A stretch of DNA of 64,000 nucleotides from Nitrospirota bacterium (GCA_963751455.1 CAVVUN010000009.1:128001-192000); one strand, 5' to 3'. Counted from the first letter of the stretch, positions 28,881 to 37,720 are shown. Numbers and translations: made by a program. The notes: generated from the letters alone by a model not told the origin.

Positions 28881-29510
28881 ATGGGAGATGGCGTGATGGA
28901 GTTTGAGACCTCTGATGATTTTAAGGATACGATGAAAAAGTGGATGCGAGACCCAAATGGATGGATCGCAATATGTACAATAATCCTCGTGTTTAGTGGT
29001 TTCTATGCTCTTCATATATCCCGTGATACGGAGAAAAGACAACTTCGTGCCTACGTCTCGCCAGTTTTAAAAAGCGGGGACGTTTTTACAGAGAATGAAT
29101 CTGCCATTGAAATTACAATAGAAAATTTCGGGCAAACGCCGGCCAAAAATTGTAATGAGAATGGTGAAATTAAAATTTTGCCATATCCCTTGCCAAAGGG
29201 GTATGTATTCAAGAACTCTTTCAAACATAACGCAGAAAGTTATTCGAGCATTTACCCAAAAGCTGACAACGCTATTATCGGATGGCTAAAAGCAGACAGA
29301 GCATTTACTAAAACTGAAATTGAAGAAATTACATCTAATAATTCCCATCGTCGTGCTTACGCGTTTGGAACTTTGACGTATGCGGATATTTTTAACGAAT
29401 CTCATTTCACTAACTTCTGCTTCGTTTTGGACCCAAATTTCATCAAAAAAACGAAAGCCAGCATTGAATCTATTTGGATGGTCTGTGACAGGCATACCGA
29501 CTTTGATTAG
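28881..29510 (+). CDS. Single-TM hypothetical protein, cassette 3
   Basis: TM helix, then RQLRAYV, NFGQTPA and Y.DIF..H.T.FC; bounded by attC sites. Confidence 0.75.
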   Translation: MGDGVMEFETSDDFKDTMKKWMRDPNGWIAICTIILVFSGFYALHISRDTEKRQLRAYVSPVLKSGDVFTENESAIEITIENFGQTPAKNCNENGEIKILPYPLPKGYVFKNSFKHNAESYSSIYPKADNAIIGWLKADRAFTKTEIEEITSNNSHRRAYAFGTLTYADIFNESHFTNFCFVLDPNFIKKTKASIESIWMVCDRHTDFD

Positions 29511-29538
29511 TGGCGTTCTGTTGGACTTGAGAATATCA

Positions 29539-29594
29539 TTCTAACATGCGCGACTGCGACGCGCCAGGGGCGGCGCGTCAGGCGCGCGATGGCT
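29539..29594 (+). other. Degenerate attC site 3 (GTT changed to GAT)
   Basis: TTCTAAC ATGCGCG..GACGCGCC / GGCGCGTC..GCGCGC GATGGCT. Confidence 0.6.
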
Positions 29595-29605
29595 TCTTGA
29601 AAACC

Positions 29606-30577
29606 ATGCGAACTCTCGACGATATTAATTTCATTATGCTCAGTCCGACTCACTTCGAGGAACTGTGCTTTGATCTCCTCATGGAGCTTGGTTTTAGAAA
29701 GCTGATTTGGCGGCAGGGTGGCGCAGACAGTGGAAGAGATATCCAAGGAACACGAGAAGTAATTAGCGGTCTTGTCGAACCATTTGAAGAAACATGGTTC
29801 TTTGAGTGCAAGCGCTACGACGATGGCGTACCGCCAGAAGCACTCAACTCCAAGATCGTCTGGGCTGATGCCGAGCATCCGAAGCACCTTGTATTCCTAA
29901 TCAGTTCGTACATTACAAACAATGCACGCACATGGCTGGACACGATCGCTCGCGACAAGTTTTATCGAGTGCATCTAATCGAAGGCAAGCAGCTTCAACG
30001 CCTTGTCCTTCGGTCGCATAGTCTTTGCACCCGTTACTTCTCTTCGGATGTGCAGCAACTCATGCAACAAGCCCACCGTGCTTGGGTCTTGCATAACTTG
30101 ATCCCTGAACCGTGGCTTTTACGCACCCTTGCCGATACTCAAAATCTCGCCGAGTACGAGCCAGGGCAACTCGCCTTCCTTTGGGCGTCTTTAAAGATTA
30201 GATTTGAAGAACTGAATGCAAACATGGATGACTCTTGGAGTGAGTCGTACGACATCATGTTCAGCATGTTGAAGCAACACGCTAACACAGAAGAACCGGT
30301 TCTAAAGGATTTGGGCGCTTGGTCGCTCATCGATGACCATGAGGGAGTGACTAATTTCGACCTTGCTTACAACAAAGTGTACGCGGCGCAAGTTGCACAT
30401 CTTGCAAACAAAACCGAGTACATCGCTTTATATTCCCTTGTCCGAGACGCAGAGGGAGAAGGCATCGAGGTACTGGTTGACCAAGACAGCAGCCTAACCT
30501 TTCACATAAGACATATTCCACAGGGCGCCAACCTCGCGCTGTCGGCAGCAAAGGATCTACTTTGTTCCAGCCCCTAA
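29606..30577 (+). CDS. Mrr-like restriction endonuclease domain fused to an unknown C-terminal domain
   Basis: FEELCFDLL, GADSGRDI and FECKRY motifs. Start moved to 29606 because the longer ORF begins inside attC3. Confidence 0.8.
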   Translation: MRTLDDINFIMLSPTHFEELCFDLLMELGFRKLIWRQGGADSGRDIQGTREVISGLVEPFEETWFFECKRYDDGVPPEALNSKIVWADAEHPKHLVFLISSYITNNARTWLDTIARDKFYRVHLIEGKQLQRLVLRSHSLCTRYFSSDVQQLMQQAHRAWVLHNLIPEPWLLRTLADTQNLAEYEPGQLAFLWASLKIRFEELNANMDDSWSESYDIMFSMLKQHANTEEPVLKDLGAWSLIDDHEGVTNFDLAYNKVYAAQVAHLANKTEYIALYSLVRDAEGEGIEVLVDQDSSLTFHIRHIPQGANLALSAAKDLLCSSP

Positions 30578-30653
30578 ACAAACTATTCGCTAATCCGGGG
30601 CGCTGTCAAAAGCGGAGTGCTTCTTAAGTCTATGTGTATTTTGGAGAGGAAAT

Positions 30654-31094
30654 ATGGCTGATACAGGTGCACAAAAAAGAGCAGCGGACTGGGTGAGAAA
30701 TAACTGGCTCAAGGAGAAATTTGGCAAACTATTTGAGAAAAGAACATGCAGACTCAACACCGGGTCGGAAGTAGAATTCAACGCAGTAAGTCAAGACGGT
30801 AAGATTGTAGCGTTCATTTCTACTAGCACACCATTAGTACCTAAGGGTTCTGTCGGCAGAGGAAAATTGTCGAAAGTTCGCGCCGATGCCCTTTTCCTCT
30901 CGATGGCAGAAGGGAATTTAGAACGATTGCTGATTTACACTGAACTAGATATGGTGAATCTCGTGGCGGGAGAATATCAAGCCGGAAGGTTGCCAAGGAA
31001 TATAACCGTTTTGCATGCCTCGCTTCCGGATAATCTGCAAATTGAAGTTAGCGCATCGAGAAGGAAAGCATCAGACGAGCTTGCAGGTTCATAA
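30654..31094 (+). CDS. Small protein, possible divergent PD-(D/E)XK fold
   Basis: GGAGAGGA RBS; EK...EFNAVSQD...FIST pattern; fold call is inference. Confidence 0.6.
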   Translation: MADTGAQKRAADWVRNNWLKEKFGKLFEKRTCRLNTGSEVEFNAVSQDGKIVAFISTSTPLVPKGSVGRGKLSKVRADALFLSMAEGNLERLLIYTELDMVNLVAGEYQAGRLPRNITVLHASLPDNLQIEVSASRRKASDELAGS

Positions 31095-31139
31095 ATAAAG
31101 ATAGTAGCGCATTGCAAAAGCTTGGTTTTGCTGAATGCG

Positions 31140-31190
31140 TGCCAACCAGAAGATCGAGCCCACGCATCGGGGTTCATCTTCGCGTTAATC
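31140..31190 (+). other. attC site 4 (short)
   Basis: TGCCAAC CAGAAGAT(C)GAGCCC...GGGTTCATCTTCGC GTTAATC. Confidence 0.75.
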
Positions 31191-31226
31191 CCGAAAAAAC
31201 AACTGTGAGATCCCCGAGGATATTTT

Positions 31227-32306
31227 ATGGAAGTAAAATGCCGTTGTACCGAAATTTACTCACTTAAAGGAATAAATCTTCCGCCCGGTCAAACGGAAAA
31301 GGAATTAATAGCCGATTCGACAAGAGGTTTTCGCGCCGTGCTCACAACGCAGCCCAACTCGTATGCGTTCGAGGGAGATCGAAGTCTTGCTGTGGCGGGT
31401 ATGATGCTTAGAGGTCTGCTGAAGTTAGAACCTGGAAGTGATGAGTTTAAACAGCACATTACAAATAAGATTGATGAATTTCAAACGCGACGCGCAAAGA
31501 AGTTTGAAGCCGGGCCTTTCTTAGTCGTTATTGGAGAAGAAACCTTTTCATCGTTCAAACCATTTTCCTTCGAGGGCAAAGCCGATGACATTCAGGATTT
31601 TATAGATTTCCAGATTTGTTTTGACGGTGCTGACAAGGATGAGATTAAATCGAAATTTCACACGAAAGCTACTGCACTTTTAAATTCTATGGCCGTCATA
31701 ATGGGGTCTGTAGTCGGGATCAAGAAAGTAACAAGCTTTGTTTTCTTTCTCCGAGAGGATGGCAAACCAATCTATTCGTATTCATTTTCTGGATCGGCTC
31801 AAGTTTATACCTCGAAGCCGGTATCCGATGATATCGTACCTTTAATAGACACGTTGTATCATCAGATCGAGGACGATAATACATTACAACGTGTACAGCG
31901 TTTGTTCAGATCCTCATTTGAAACTGAAGAAGATCGCCTTCGTTCATTTCTTGAGGCGTGGATGGCATTCGAGATTTTTGTAAATAAAATATTTGCATCC
32001 TATGAAAAGCGATTTTTTATGAGTTTGCTTGCAGAAAAACCCACTGAGGCACAAAAGAAGTACCTTGGGCGGATCCAAGACGTCATGAAAGATAAGTACC
32101 GTCTTATAGACAAGTTCGCAGCTGTCAGTTTTCAATTGTCACCCGGTACAGCTGACGATGATTTGAAGATTATACAACAGGCAAAAAAGATTCGAGACCT
32201 TATGTCGCATGGCGAATCTGTAGACGAGAACACTCTTCCCGTCACTGAGATTCAAAAAATCACCGGTAAATATCTGCAACTACACATATGCAAGGGAACA
32301 ACTTAG
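31227..32306 (+). CDS. HEPN-like protein (cassette)
   Basis: FLEAWMAFE helix and RDLMSH (Rx4H); stop codon lies inside the adjacent inverted repeat. Confidence 0.7.
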   Translation: MEVKCRCTEIYSLKGINLPPGQTEKELIADSTRGFRAVLTTQPNSYAFEGDRSLAVAGMMLRGLLKLEPGSDEFKQHITNKIDEFQTRRAKKFEAGPFLVVIGEETFSSFKPFSFEGKADDIQDFIDFQICFDGADKDEIKSKFHTKATALLNSMAVIMGSVVGIKKVTSFVFFLREDGKPIYSYSFSGSAQVYTSKPVSDDIVPLIDTLYHQIEDDNTLQRVQRLFRSSFETEEDRLRSFLEAWMAFEIFVNKIFASYEKRFFMSLLAEKPTEAQKKYLGRIQDVMKDKYRLIDKFAAVSFQLSPGTADDDLKIIQQAKKIRDLMSHGESVDENTLPVTEIQKITGKYLQLHICKGTT

Positions 32307-33372
32307 GGGACGTAGTGACCGAAATGGACAAATGGTGTTGACAAGTATTATATGAATAATATAGACTCGCACCATGCCAAGGCAAGCGAGACTTGATGCT
32401 CCTGGAGCGCTTCATCACCTCATGTTGCGCGGGATAAATAAAGCAACAATATTTGATGACGACCAGGACCGCGCCCTGTTTCTGAGTCGACTAGAAAAGA
32501 ACATTACAGCGGCAGATGCGAAGATATACGCTTGGGTGCTCATGACGAATCATGTCCACCTTCTGTTTAAAAGTGGAAAGCAGGGAATATCCGATGTAAT
32601 GAGAAAGCAATTAACCTGGTATGCTCAATATTACAATCGTCGCCACAAGCGCTCCGGGCATCTTTTTGAAAACCGCTATAAATCAGTTCTCTGCGATGAA
32701 GACAACTATCTATTAGCCCTCATCCGGTATATTCACCTTAACCCGATACGAGCAGGTATTGTTAAGACACTTGAAGAACTGGATCGCTATCCCTGGTGCG
32801 GACATAGCACTGTAATGGGAAAGCGGAATTGTCCATTGATGGGTGCTGATAATGTTTTAGCTGAATTTGGAGATACAAAAAGAAAAGCAAAAAATGAATA
32901 TCGCCGCTTCGTACGAGAAGGAATCGCTATGGGGCGACAGCCGGAATTGGTCGGCGGTGGGCTCATCAGAAGCAAAGGCGGATGGTCACAGGTCGTGGCA
33001 GCGAGAAGGAGCGGTCAAAAGGAAGAATACGATGAACGGATACTGGGAGACGGTAACTTTGTAAATGCCATACTGAAGGAAGCAGAAGAAAAAACACTAC
33101 TTCAGCTCAAGCTACGAAGATCCGGCAAAACTCTTTCAAAAATAATCGACCAGGAATGCAACAGATGTCACATCAGCCCGAAAGAACTTAAAGAAGGGAG
33201 CCGTCGAAGAGAGGTTAGTGCGCTACGTATCAAAGTAGCCAGACGCGGTCTCGATGAATTGGGATTATCGATGGCTGAAATAGCTCGTCATGTTGGAGTG
33301 AGTACGTCTGGAATTGCGCGAGCAATTAAACGGGGAAGCGAATAGTCCATTTCGGTCACTACGTCCCCTAAG
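32302..33372 (+). mobile_element. Y1 (HUH) transposase element flanked by perfect 28-bp inverted repeats
   Basis: CTTAGGGGACGTAGTGACCGAAATGGAC at 32302-32329 and its reverse complement at 33345-33372. Confidence 0.85.
32374..33345 (+). CDS. REP-associated (RAYT-like) Y1 transposase with C-terminal HTH
   Basis: MPRQAR, RG, LMTNHVHLL (HUH), GHLF..RY and YIHLNP motifs; C-terminal SMAEIARHVGVSTSGI. Confidence 0.9.
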   Translation: MPRQARLDAPGALHHLMLRGINKATIFDDDQDRALFLSRLEKNITAADAKIYAWVLMTNHVHLLFKSGKQGISDVMRKQLTWYAQYYNRRHKRSGHLFENRYKSVLCDEDNYLLALIRYIHLNPIRAGIVKTLEELDRYPWCGHSTVMGKRNCPLMGADNVLAEFGDTKRKAKNEYRRFVREGIAMGRQPELVGGGLIRSKGGWSQVVAARRSGQKEEYDERILGDGNFVNAILKEAEEKTLLQLKLRRSGKTLSKIIDQECNRCHISPKELKEGSRRREVSALRIKVARRGLDELGLSMAEIARHVGVSTSGIARAIKRGSE

Positions 33373-33507
33373 ATGCTCTTTTCTTTTAGGTAACAGTTTA
33401 GCCCTTTTAGAAGTTTTTTGATCACTCGCCCACATTGTTCTTGACTTGTGGGTGTTTTTATGGCAGAATTATATGAGTATTAATACTCATGCAAGAAGGA
33501 GGCCAAA

Positions 33508-33786
33508 ATGGCAAGAGTGGACATTTTAAAGAAGCAACAGATCAGGCTTAAAGAGGACATTTCAGCGATGCTCGATAGTTACCTTATCGGCACCGTCGCA
33601 AAGTCCCCTTCCATGTCCGGGCACAACCTGACGACCAAAGTGGAGGGAAAAACCGTTACGCTGTACGTTCGCAAGGACGTCGCATCTATGGCGACGGAGA
33701 TGAGTTTGCGGTATAAGAAGCTTTGGGCGCTGATCCAGAAGCTCTCTAAGGTGAACTGGGAGATACTCAATCTGGAGAGCAAATAA
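33508..33786 (+). CDS. IS66 accessory protein (DUF6788-like)
   Basis: 92 aa; LTTKVEGKTVTLYV; AGGAGG RBS; inside the IS. Confidence 0.75.
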   Translation: MARVDILKKQQIRLKEDISAMLDSYLIGTVAKSPSMSGHNLTTKVEGKTVTLYVRKDVASMATEMSLRYKKLWALIQKLSKVNWEILNLESK

Positions 33787-33788
33787 GG

Positions 33789-35324
33789 ATGGGCCGGCAT
33801 CCCTGGCCGCCGTATGATTATGTCTGCCTCTATGAGCATACCTGTCCCTATCTGGACGGACTTTCCACATCATGGGTTCTGAGTCAGTACCGGAGGGCCG
33901 ATGATGTGTATCATGAACACTTGCTAATCATCGATGCCTTTTCCGCTCAGTTGAAGGCCAGCGAAGATCGGGGGCGTGTGTTGGAGCGGGAGAACGCGGA
34001 ACTCAAGGCGAAGTATCAGGCCTTGCACCGCAAGCAGTTCAAGCCGAATCGGCGGAAGAAGGATGAGGTGGTCGAAGAAAAGACCGGAGTCACCGGAAAG
34101 AAGAAGCGCGGAGCGCCGGTTGGACATCCGGCATGGTGCCGGCCCATCCCGGAACGGATCGACCGGATTGTTCAGGTGCCCGTCCCTTCTGTCTGTCCCC
34201 ACTGCGGATCCGGGAATTTGACTCCTGAAGGCACGCTTCACGAACATATCCAGGAAGACATCGTTATCAAACCCCAAACCGTTGTTACGAAGTATGTGCA
34301 TGAAGAGGGGTTCTGTCCGCGCTGCCGGCGGCCGGTGGTTGCGGCGGGGCCGGATGAGATTCCAAACGCTCCCATCGGACCGCTTGCCAAGTCCACTGCC
34401 GGATATCTACGCTATGAGATCGGCATCCCTTACCGGAAGGCGAAACGGATACTGGAGGACTTGTTCGGACTTTCCTGTGTGCCGGCCTCGCTCGTTGGTT
34501 TTGATCGAAGGGCGGCCAAACGAGGGGAGCCCATTTACGAGGACGTCCGTGAAAAGGTCAGAGCCTCGAACGTGATACATGCAGACGAGACTTCATGGAG
34601 AAACGACGGAGCGGGATATTTCGTATGGTTCGCGGGAAATGACGATCTTGCCTTCTTTCACATAGACCGGCATCGGTCTGCGGAAGCGGCAAAGGCTGTC
34701 TTCGGTAAGGATTTCAATGGAGTGCTGGTGCGGGACCGTTACGCGGCATACAACGGTATTGGTCACGACTGGCAGGCCTGTCTGGCCCACATCATTACCA
34801 ATGCCAAAGACCTACGCAGGGAGCATGCGCTCTTGCCGATTCGCGAGCAAGACCGGGCTGTCACTGTTTTCTGTGACCGTATTACAGATCTCTGCTCTCA
34901 GGCATGCCAAGCGGCGCACAAACTCCAATCCGGCAAAATCATTTGGGAGGAGGCACCGGTCATTGAGAAGCGGCTCATCCGGGACTTGAAGAAAATTTGC
35001 AAACACCCGCTGCGGTTCAAGCCTGCCGATACTCTGCGGACGTTTCTGATCGGACCTGAGCAAAAACATCTTTTCACGTTCCTGCGCATTCCAGGCGTAC
35101 CGCCTACGAATAATCACGCCGAGCAATCCTTGCGAAAAATGGTGATCTTCAGGAAGGTCTGTTTCGGCACTCGTTCAGACAGCGGACTCAAAACCCACAG
35201 CATCATTCCAACGCTCATACAGACCGCCCGACGACAGGGCGTCCATCCGAGGGAATTCCTGCATACCCTCCATACGGCCGATACCGTAACAGCACAGGCC
35301 TCCTTATATAATAATTCAAGTTGA
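33789..35324 (+). CDS. IS66 transposase (TnpC)
   Basis: Coiled coil, GAPVGH, CPHC..CPRC zinc finger, HADET, DRYAAY, QACLAH and TNNHAEQSLR motifs. Confidence 0.93.
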   Translation: MGRHPWPPYDYVCLYEHTCPYLDGLSTSWVLSQYRRADDVYHEHLLIIDAFSAQLKASEDRGRVLERENAELKAKYQALHRKQFKPNRRKKDEVVEEKTGVTGKKKRGAPVGHPAWCRPIPERIDRIVQVPVPSVCPHCGSGNLTPEGTLHEHIQEDIVIKPQTVVTKYVHEEGFCPRCRRPVVAAGPDEIPNAPIGPLAKSTAGYLRYEIGIPYRKAKRILEDLFGLSCVPASLVGFDRRAAKRGEPIYEDVREKVRASNVIHADETSWRNDGAGYFVWFAGNDDLAFFHIDRHRSAEAAKAVFGKDFNGVLVRDRYAAYNGIGHDWQACLAHIITNAKDLRREHALLPIREQDRAVTVFCDRITDLCSQACQAAHKLQSGKIIWEEAPVIEKRLIRDLKKICKHPLRFKPADTLRTFLIGPEQKHLFTFLRIPGVPPTNNHAEQSLRKMVIFRKVCFGTRSDSGLKTHSIIPTLIQTARRQGVHPREFLHTLHTADTVTAQASLYNNSS

Positions 35325-35461
35325 AAAGAAATCCGATCGAGAATACAATCAGGGGCAGTTCTGCATTCCGGTCTGCGCCGATACCGCGAGAAGAGCGGTG
35401 TGCTCTTTCAGCGGTGTGGAGCTCTATCTATTGAGAAAGGGCTAAACTGTTACTCTTTTAG

Positions 35462-35555
35462 GACCTGTCTAGCCATGGCAAAAATGGTGAGTGAACCGGA
35501 ACTAGGGAAGCGCTTGCTGACTTTGTATCAAAGCATATGGGCAGACGCACCATAA
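35462..35555 (+). pseudogene. 3' remnant of a cassette gene
   Basis: Removing the IS66 and one TSD joins an open frame KMLFSFRTCLAMAKMVSEPELGKRLLTLYQSIWADAP whose TAA lies in attC5. Confidence 0.55.
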
Positions 35556-35611
35556 CAATTCGCTGCAGCGGACGGCCCTGACGGGTCGCCGCTGAGCTTC
35601 ATTCGTTAATT
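35550..35611 (+). other. attC site 5
   Basis: CCATAAC AATTCGCT(G)CAGCGG(A)CGGCCC / GGGTCGCCGCTGAGC..GTTAATT, a classical attC with extrahelical bases. Confidence 0.9.
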
Positions 35612-35622
35612 CCGAGGAGCAT

Positions 35623-36159
35623 ATGAATAGAAATCATATTTCGAATCCGATGCGCTATTTTATTATTTTCACAGCCATTCTAAGTATCGCATCCTGTAGC
35701 GTTAACAGATCTTTAAAAACGACGAGATCAGAAAGCGGATTGCAAGTGACACATTCATCGCTAACGATTAATGATGTTCCCAAAGAGTTAATTCAGACGA
35801 TGAATTACAAATATGCTTTCTTCTACCGATCCGAGGTGATCAATAATACAGACAGACCTATAAAAGTCATCTGGTTCGACGGCTTTTTTAATGATAACGG
35901 CATCTGGTTCGCAAGTAATGTGCGAAATAAGGTGCTTCGCGGATCCGATTTTATGAATTGGTACTTCCATCAGGCGGACATGGACAAGGATGGTTGGATA
36001 CGACCTGGAGGAAAAGCGATCTGTACTGTTAATTGGCACGCGTCAGATACCCCTGATGATTTGCAGAGTAAATGGGCCTACATCGGAATTGATGCACAAG
36101 GAAACGATTATTTTGTAGAAGCTGTCGTTCCGGAGATAAAAGCGGAAAAACTGCAATAG
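35623..36159 (+). CDS. Putative lipoprotein (cassette)
   Basis: GAGGAG RBS just after attC5; lipobox-like LSIASC. Confidence 0.75.
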   Translation: MNRNHISNPMRYFIIFTAILSIASCSVNRSLKTTRSESGLQVTHSSLTINDVPKELIQTMNYKYAFFYRSEVINNTDRPIKVIWFDGFFNDNGIWFASNVRNKVLRGSDFMNWYFHQADMDKDGWIRPGGKAICTVNWHASDTPDDLQSKWAYIGIDAQGNDYFVEAVVPEIKAEKLQ

Positions 36160-36206
36160 ATTAATTTATTGCCAGATAGAAGACTGATCTTATTGCATGA
36201 TTGATG

Positions 36207-36268
36207 TTTTAACTTGTGGTCGAGACCGACGCGCAAAAAAGACGCGCCTCTCAGCCGAGCCGTTGCCG
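36207..36268 (+). other. Degenerate attC site 6
   Basis: TTTTAAC...GTTGCCG; right arm CTCAGCCGAGCCGTT identical to attC2. Confidence 0.65.
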
Positions 36269-36614
36269 AATAAGCTAATAGGTTATTTCAGAGATTATGA
36301 AGATGATTATGACCCTTTTAAATTTTGTTATCCTGCCGTTCATCCTTCACGTTTGTTTCCAGGCATCAGCCTATCGGTTATTATAACTTTGCTGAGGTAT
36401 GCGAGATCCCTGATTCAAATGCATTTAATTTGACTGACATGTCCCTTTTGTGCGCTATCTGGCTGAGCCAGTCATGGTTGTTTCTTCTTTTGCCTTGACA
36501 TATTGTTGCATCTCACCATAATATAATTATATATATTCGAAACAAACGTTTTCTCAATTCTTCGAAAGCATCATCACCGCTTGTATTATTCTTTCTTCAT
36601 CTAAGGAGGACTTT

Positions 36615-37118
36615 ATGAAAGTCACGCATTGGTCGCCTTATCTTGCCGGTGTAGGACTCGGCTTGACGCTTCTGGCTTCGTTCATGATCGCGGGACAGGG
36701 ACTCGGAGCATCGCGGGCATTTACGGTTGCGGCCGGCAAAGGCATTCAGACAATACTCCCCGCATACGCCGAAAGTTCGTCCTATCTCTCGAAGTACCTG
36801 GAACTCCCTCTTTTTAAAGACTGGACAGTTGTTTTAGTAACCGGGTTGCTGATCGGCGCAATGGCAGGCACGGTGATGAACCGCAGTTTCAAGGTCTGCT
36901 TTGACCGGGGAACTGGCGTTTCAGTCGCGCTGAGATTCGTGACTGCATTCACAGGCGGAGTAGTGCTTGGCTTTGCGAGCAGGCTCGCACGCGGATGCAC
37001 AAGCGGGGTAGCGCTTACAGGCGGCTCCCAATTGGCGCTGTCCGGATGGGTCTTCGTCATCGCCATGTTCGTAACCGGTTTTCTGTCTGCAGGGTTTTTC
37101 AGGAGGTTATGGTCATGA
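36615..37118 (+). CDS. YeeE/YedE-family sulfur-compound transporter subunit 1
   Basis: WSPYLAG, GLGAS and RLARGCTSG motifs. Confidence 0.88.
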   Translation: MKVTHWSPYLAGVGLGLTLLASFMIAGQGLGASRAFTVAAGKGIQTILPAYAESSSYLSKYLELPLFKDWTVVLVTGLLIGAMAGTVMNRSFKVCFDRGTGVSVALRFVTAFTGGVVLGFASRLARGCTSGVALTGGSQLALSGWVFVIAMFVTGFLSAGFFRRLWS

Positions 37119-37720
37119 ACGCACCTCTTATGTTAAGCGAAAATGCGAATCTGATTATGGCCCTCTTCCTGGGCATTTTCTTCGGCTTCTTTTTGGAAAG
37201 GGGAGGACTGGGCAATCCTCACAGGCTTACCGGGGTCTTCTACCTGACAGATTTCGCGGTGCCGAAGGCGATGTTTACCGCGATCCTTGTAGCCGCGACA
37301 GGACTCTGCCTGTTGTCCGACCTGAAGGTCCTGGATATCAGCAGGGTCTGGATCATTCCGACGTTCTTCTGGCCGCAGCTTCTGGGCGGCGCGCTTTTCG
37401 GCATCGGCTATATCATCAGCGGATACTGTCCGGGGACTGCCGCAGTTGGTTTCGCTTCCGGTAGAATGGACGCGCTCGTCACAATGATCGGGATCGGAAG
37501 CGGGGCGCTCTTGTTCGCGGGGGTCTTCCCCTGGCTTGAAGGTTTTTATAAGACGAGCGACATGGGGCAGATGACTATTCCGGAATTGACAGGCGTCAAT
37601 CATTGGATTGTTCTGGCAATCATGTACATTTTTGCAGGCGCCGCGTTCTATGCGATGGAGCGGTTTGAAAGAAGGGGATTGCATTCCGGGAAAGAGAAGC
37701 CTCTTAATGCAGCAACATAA
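37115..37720 (+). CDS. YeeE/YedE-family subunit 2
   Basis: GIFFGFFLERGG, GGALFGIG..GYCPGT; ATGA overlap with subunit 1. Confidence 0.88.
   Translation: MNAPLMLSENANLIMALFLGIFFGFFLERGGLGNPHRLTGVFYLTDFAVPKAMFTAILVAATGLCLLSDLKVLDISRVWIIPTFFWPQLLGGALFGIGYIISGYCPGTAAVGFASGRMDALVTMIGIGSGALLFAGVFPWLEGFYKTSDMGQMTIPELTGVNHWIVLAIMYIFAGAAFYAMERFERRGLHSGKEKPLNAAT

Larger units (their letters stand above)
33390..35453 (+). mobile_element. IS66-family insertion sequence (two ORFs)
   Basis: 18-bp TIRs GTAACAGTTTAGCCCTTT; 8-bp TSD TCTTTTAG (33382-33389 and 35454-35461). Confidence 0.93.

Noticed and set aside
30578-30653. Expected attC between the Mrr-like gene and the next ORF
   Set aside because: No AAC...GTT palindrome found.
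36197-36433. 78-aa ORF
   Set aside because: Runs through attC6; more likely array-end debris.
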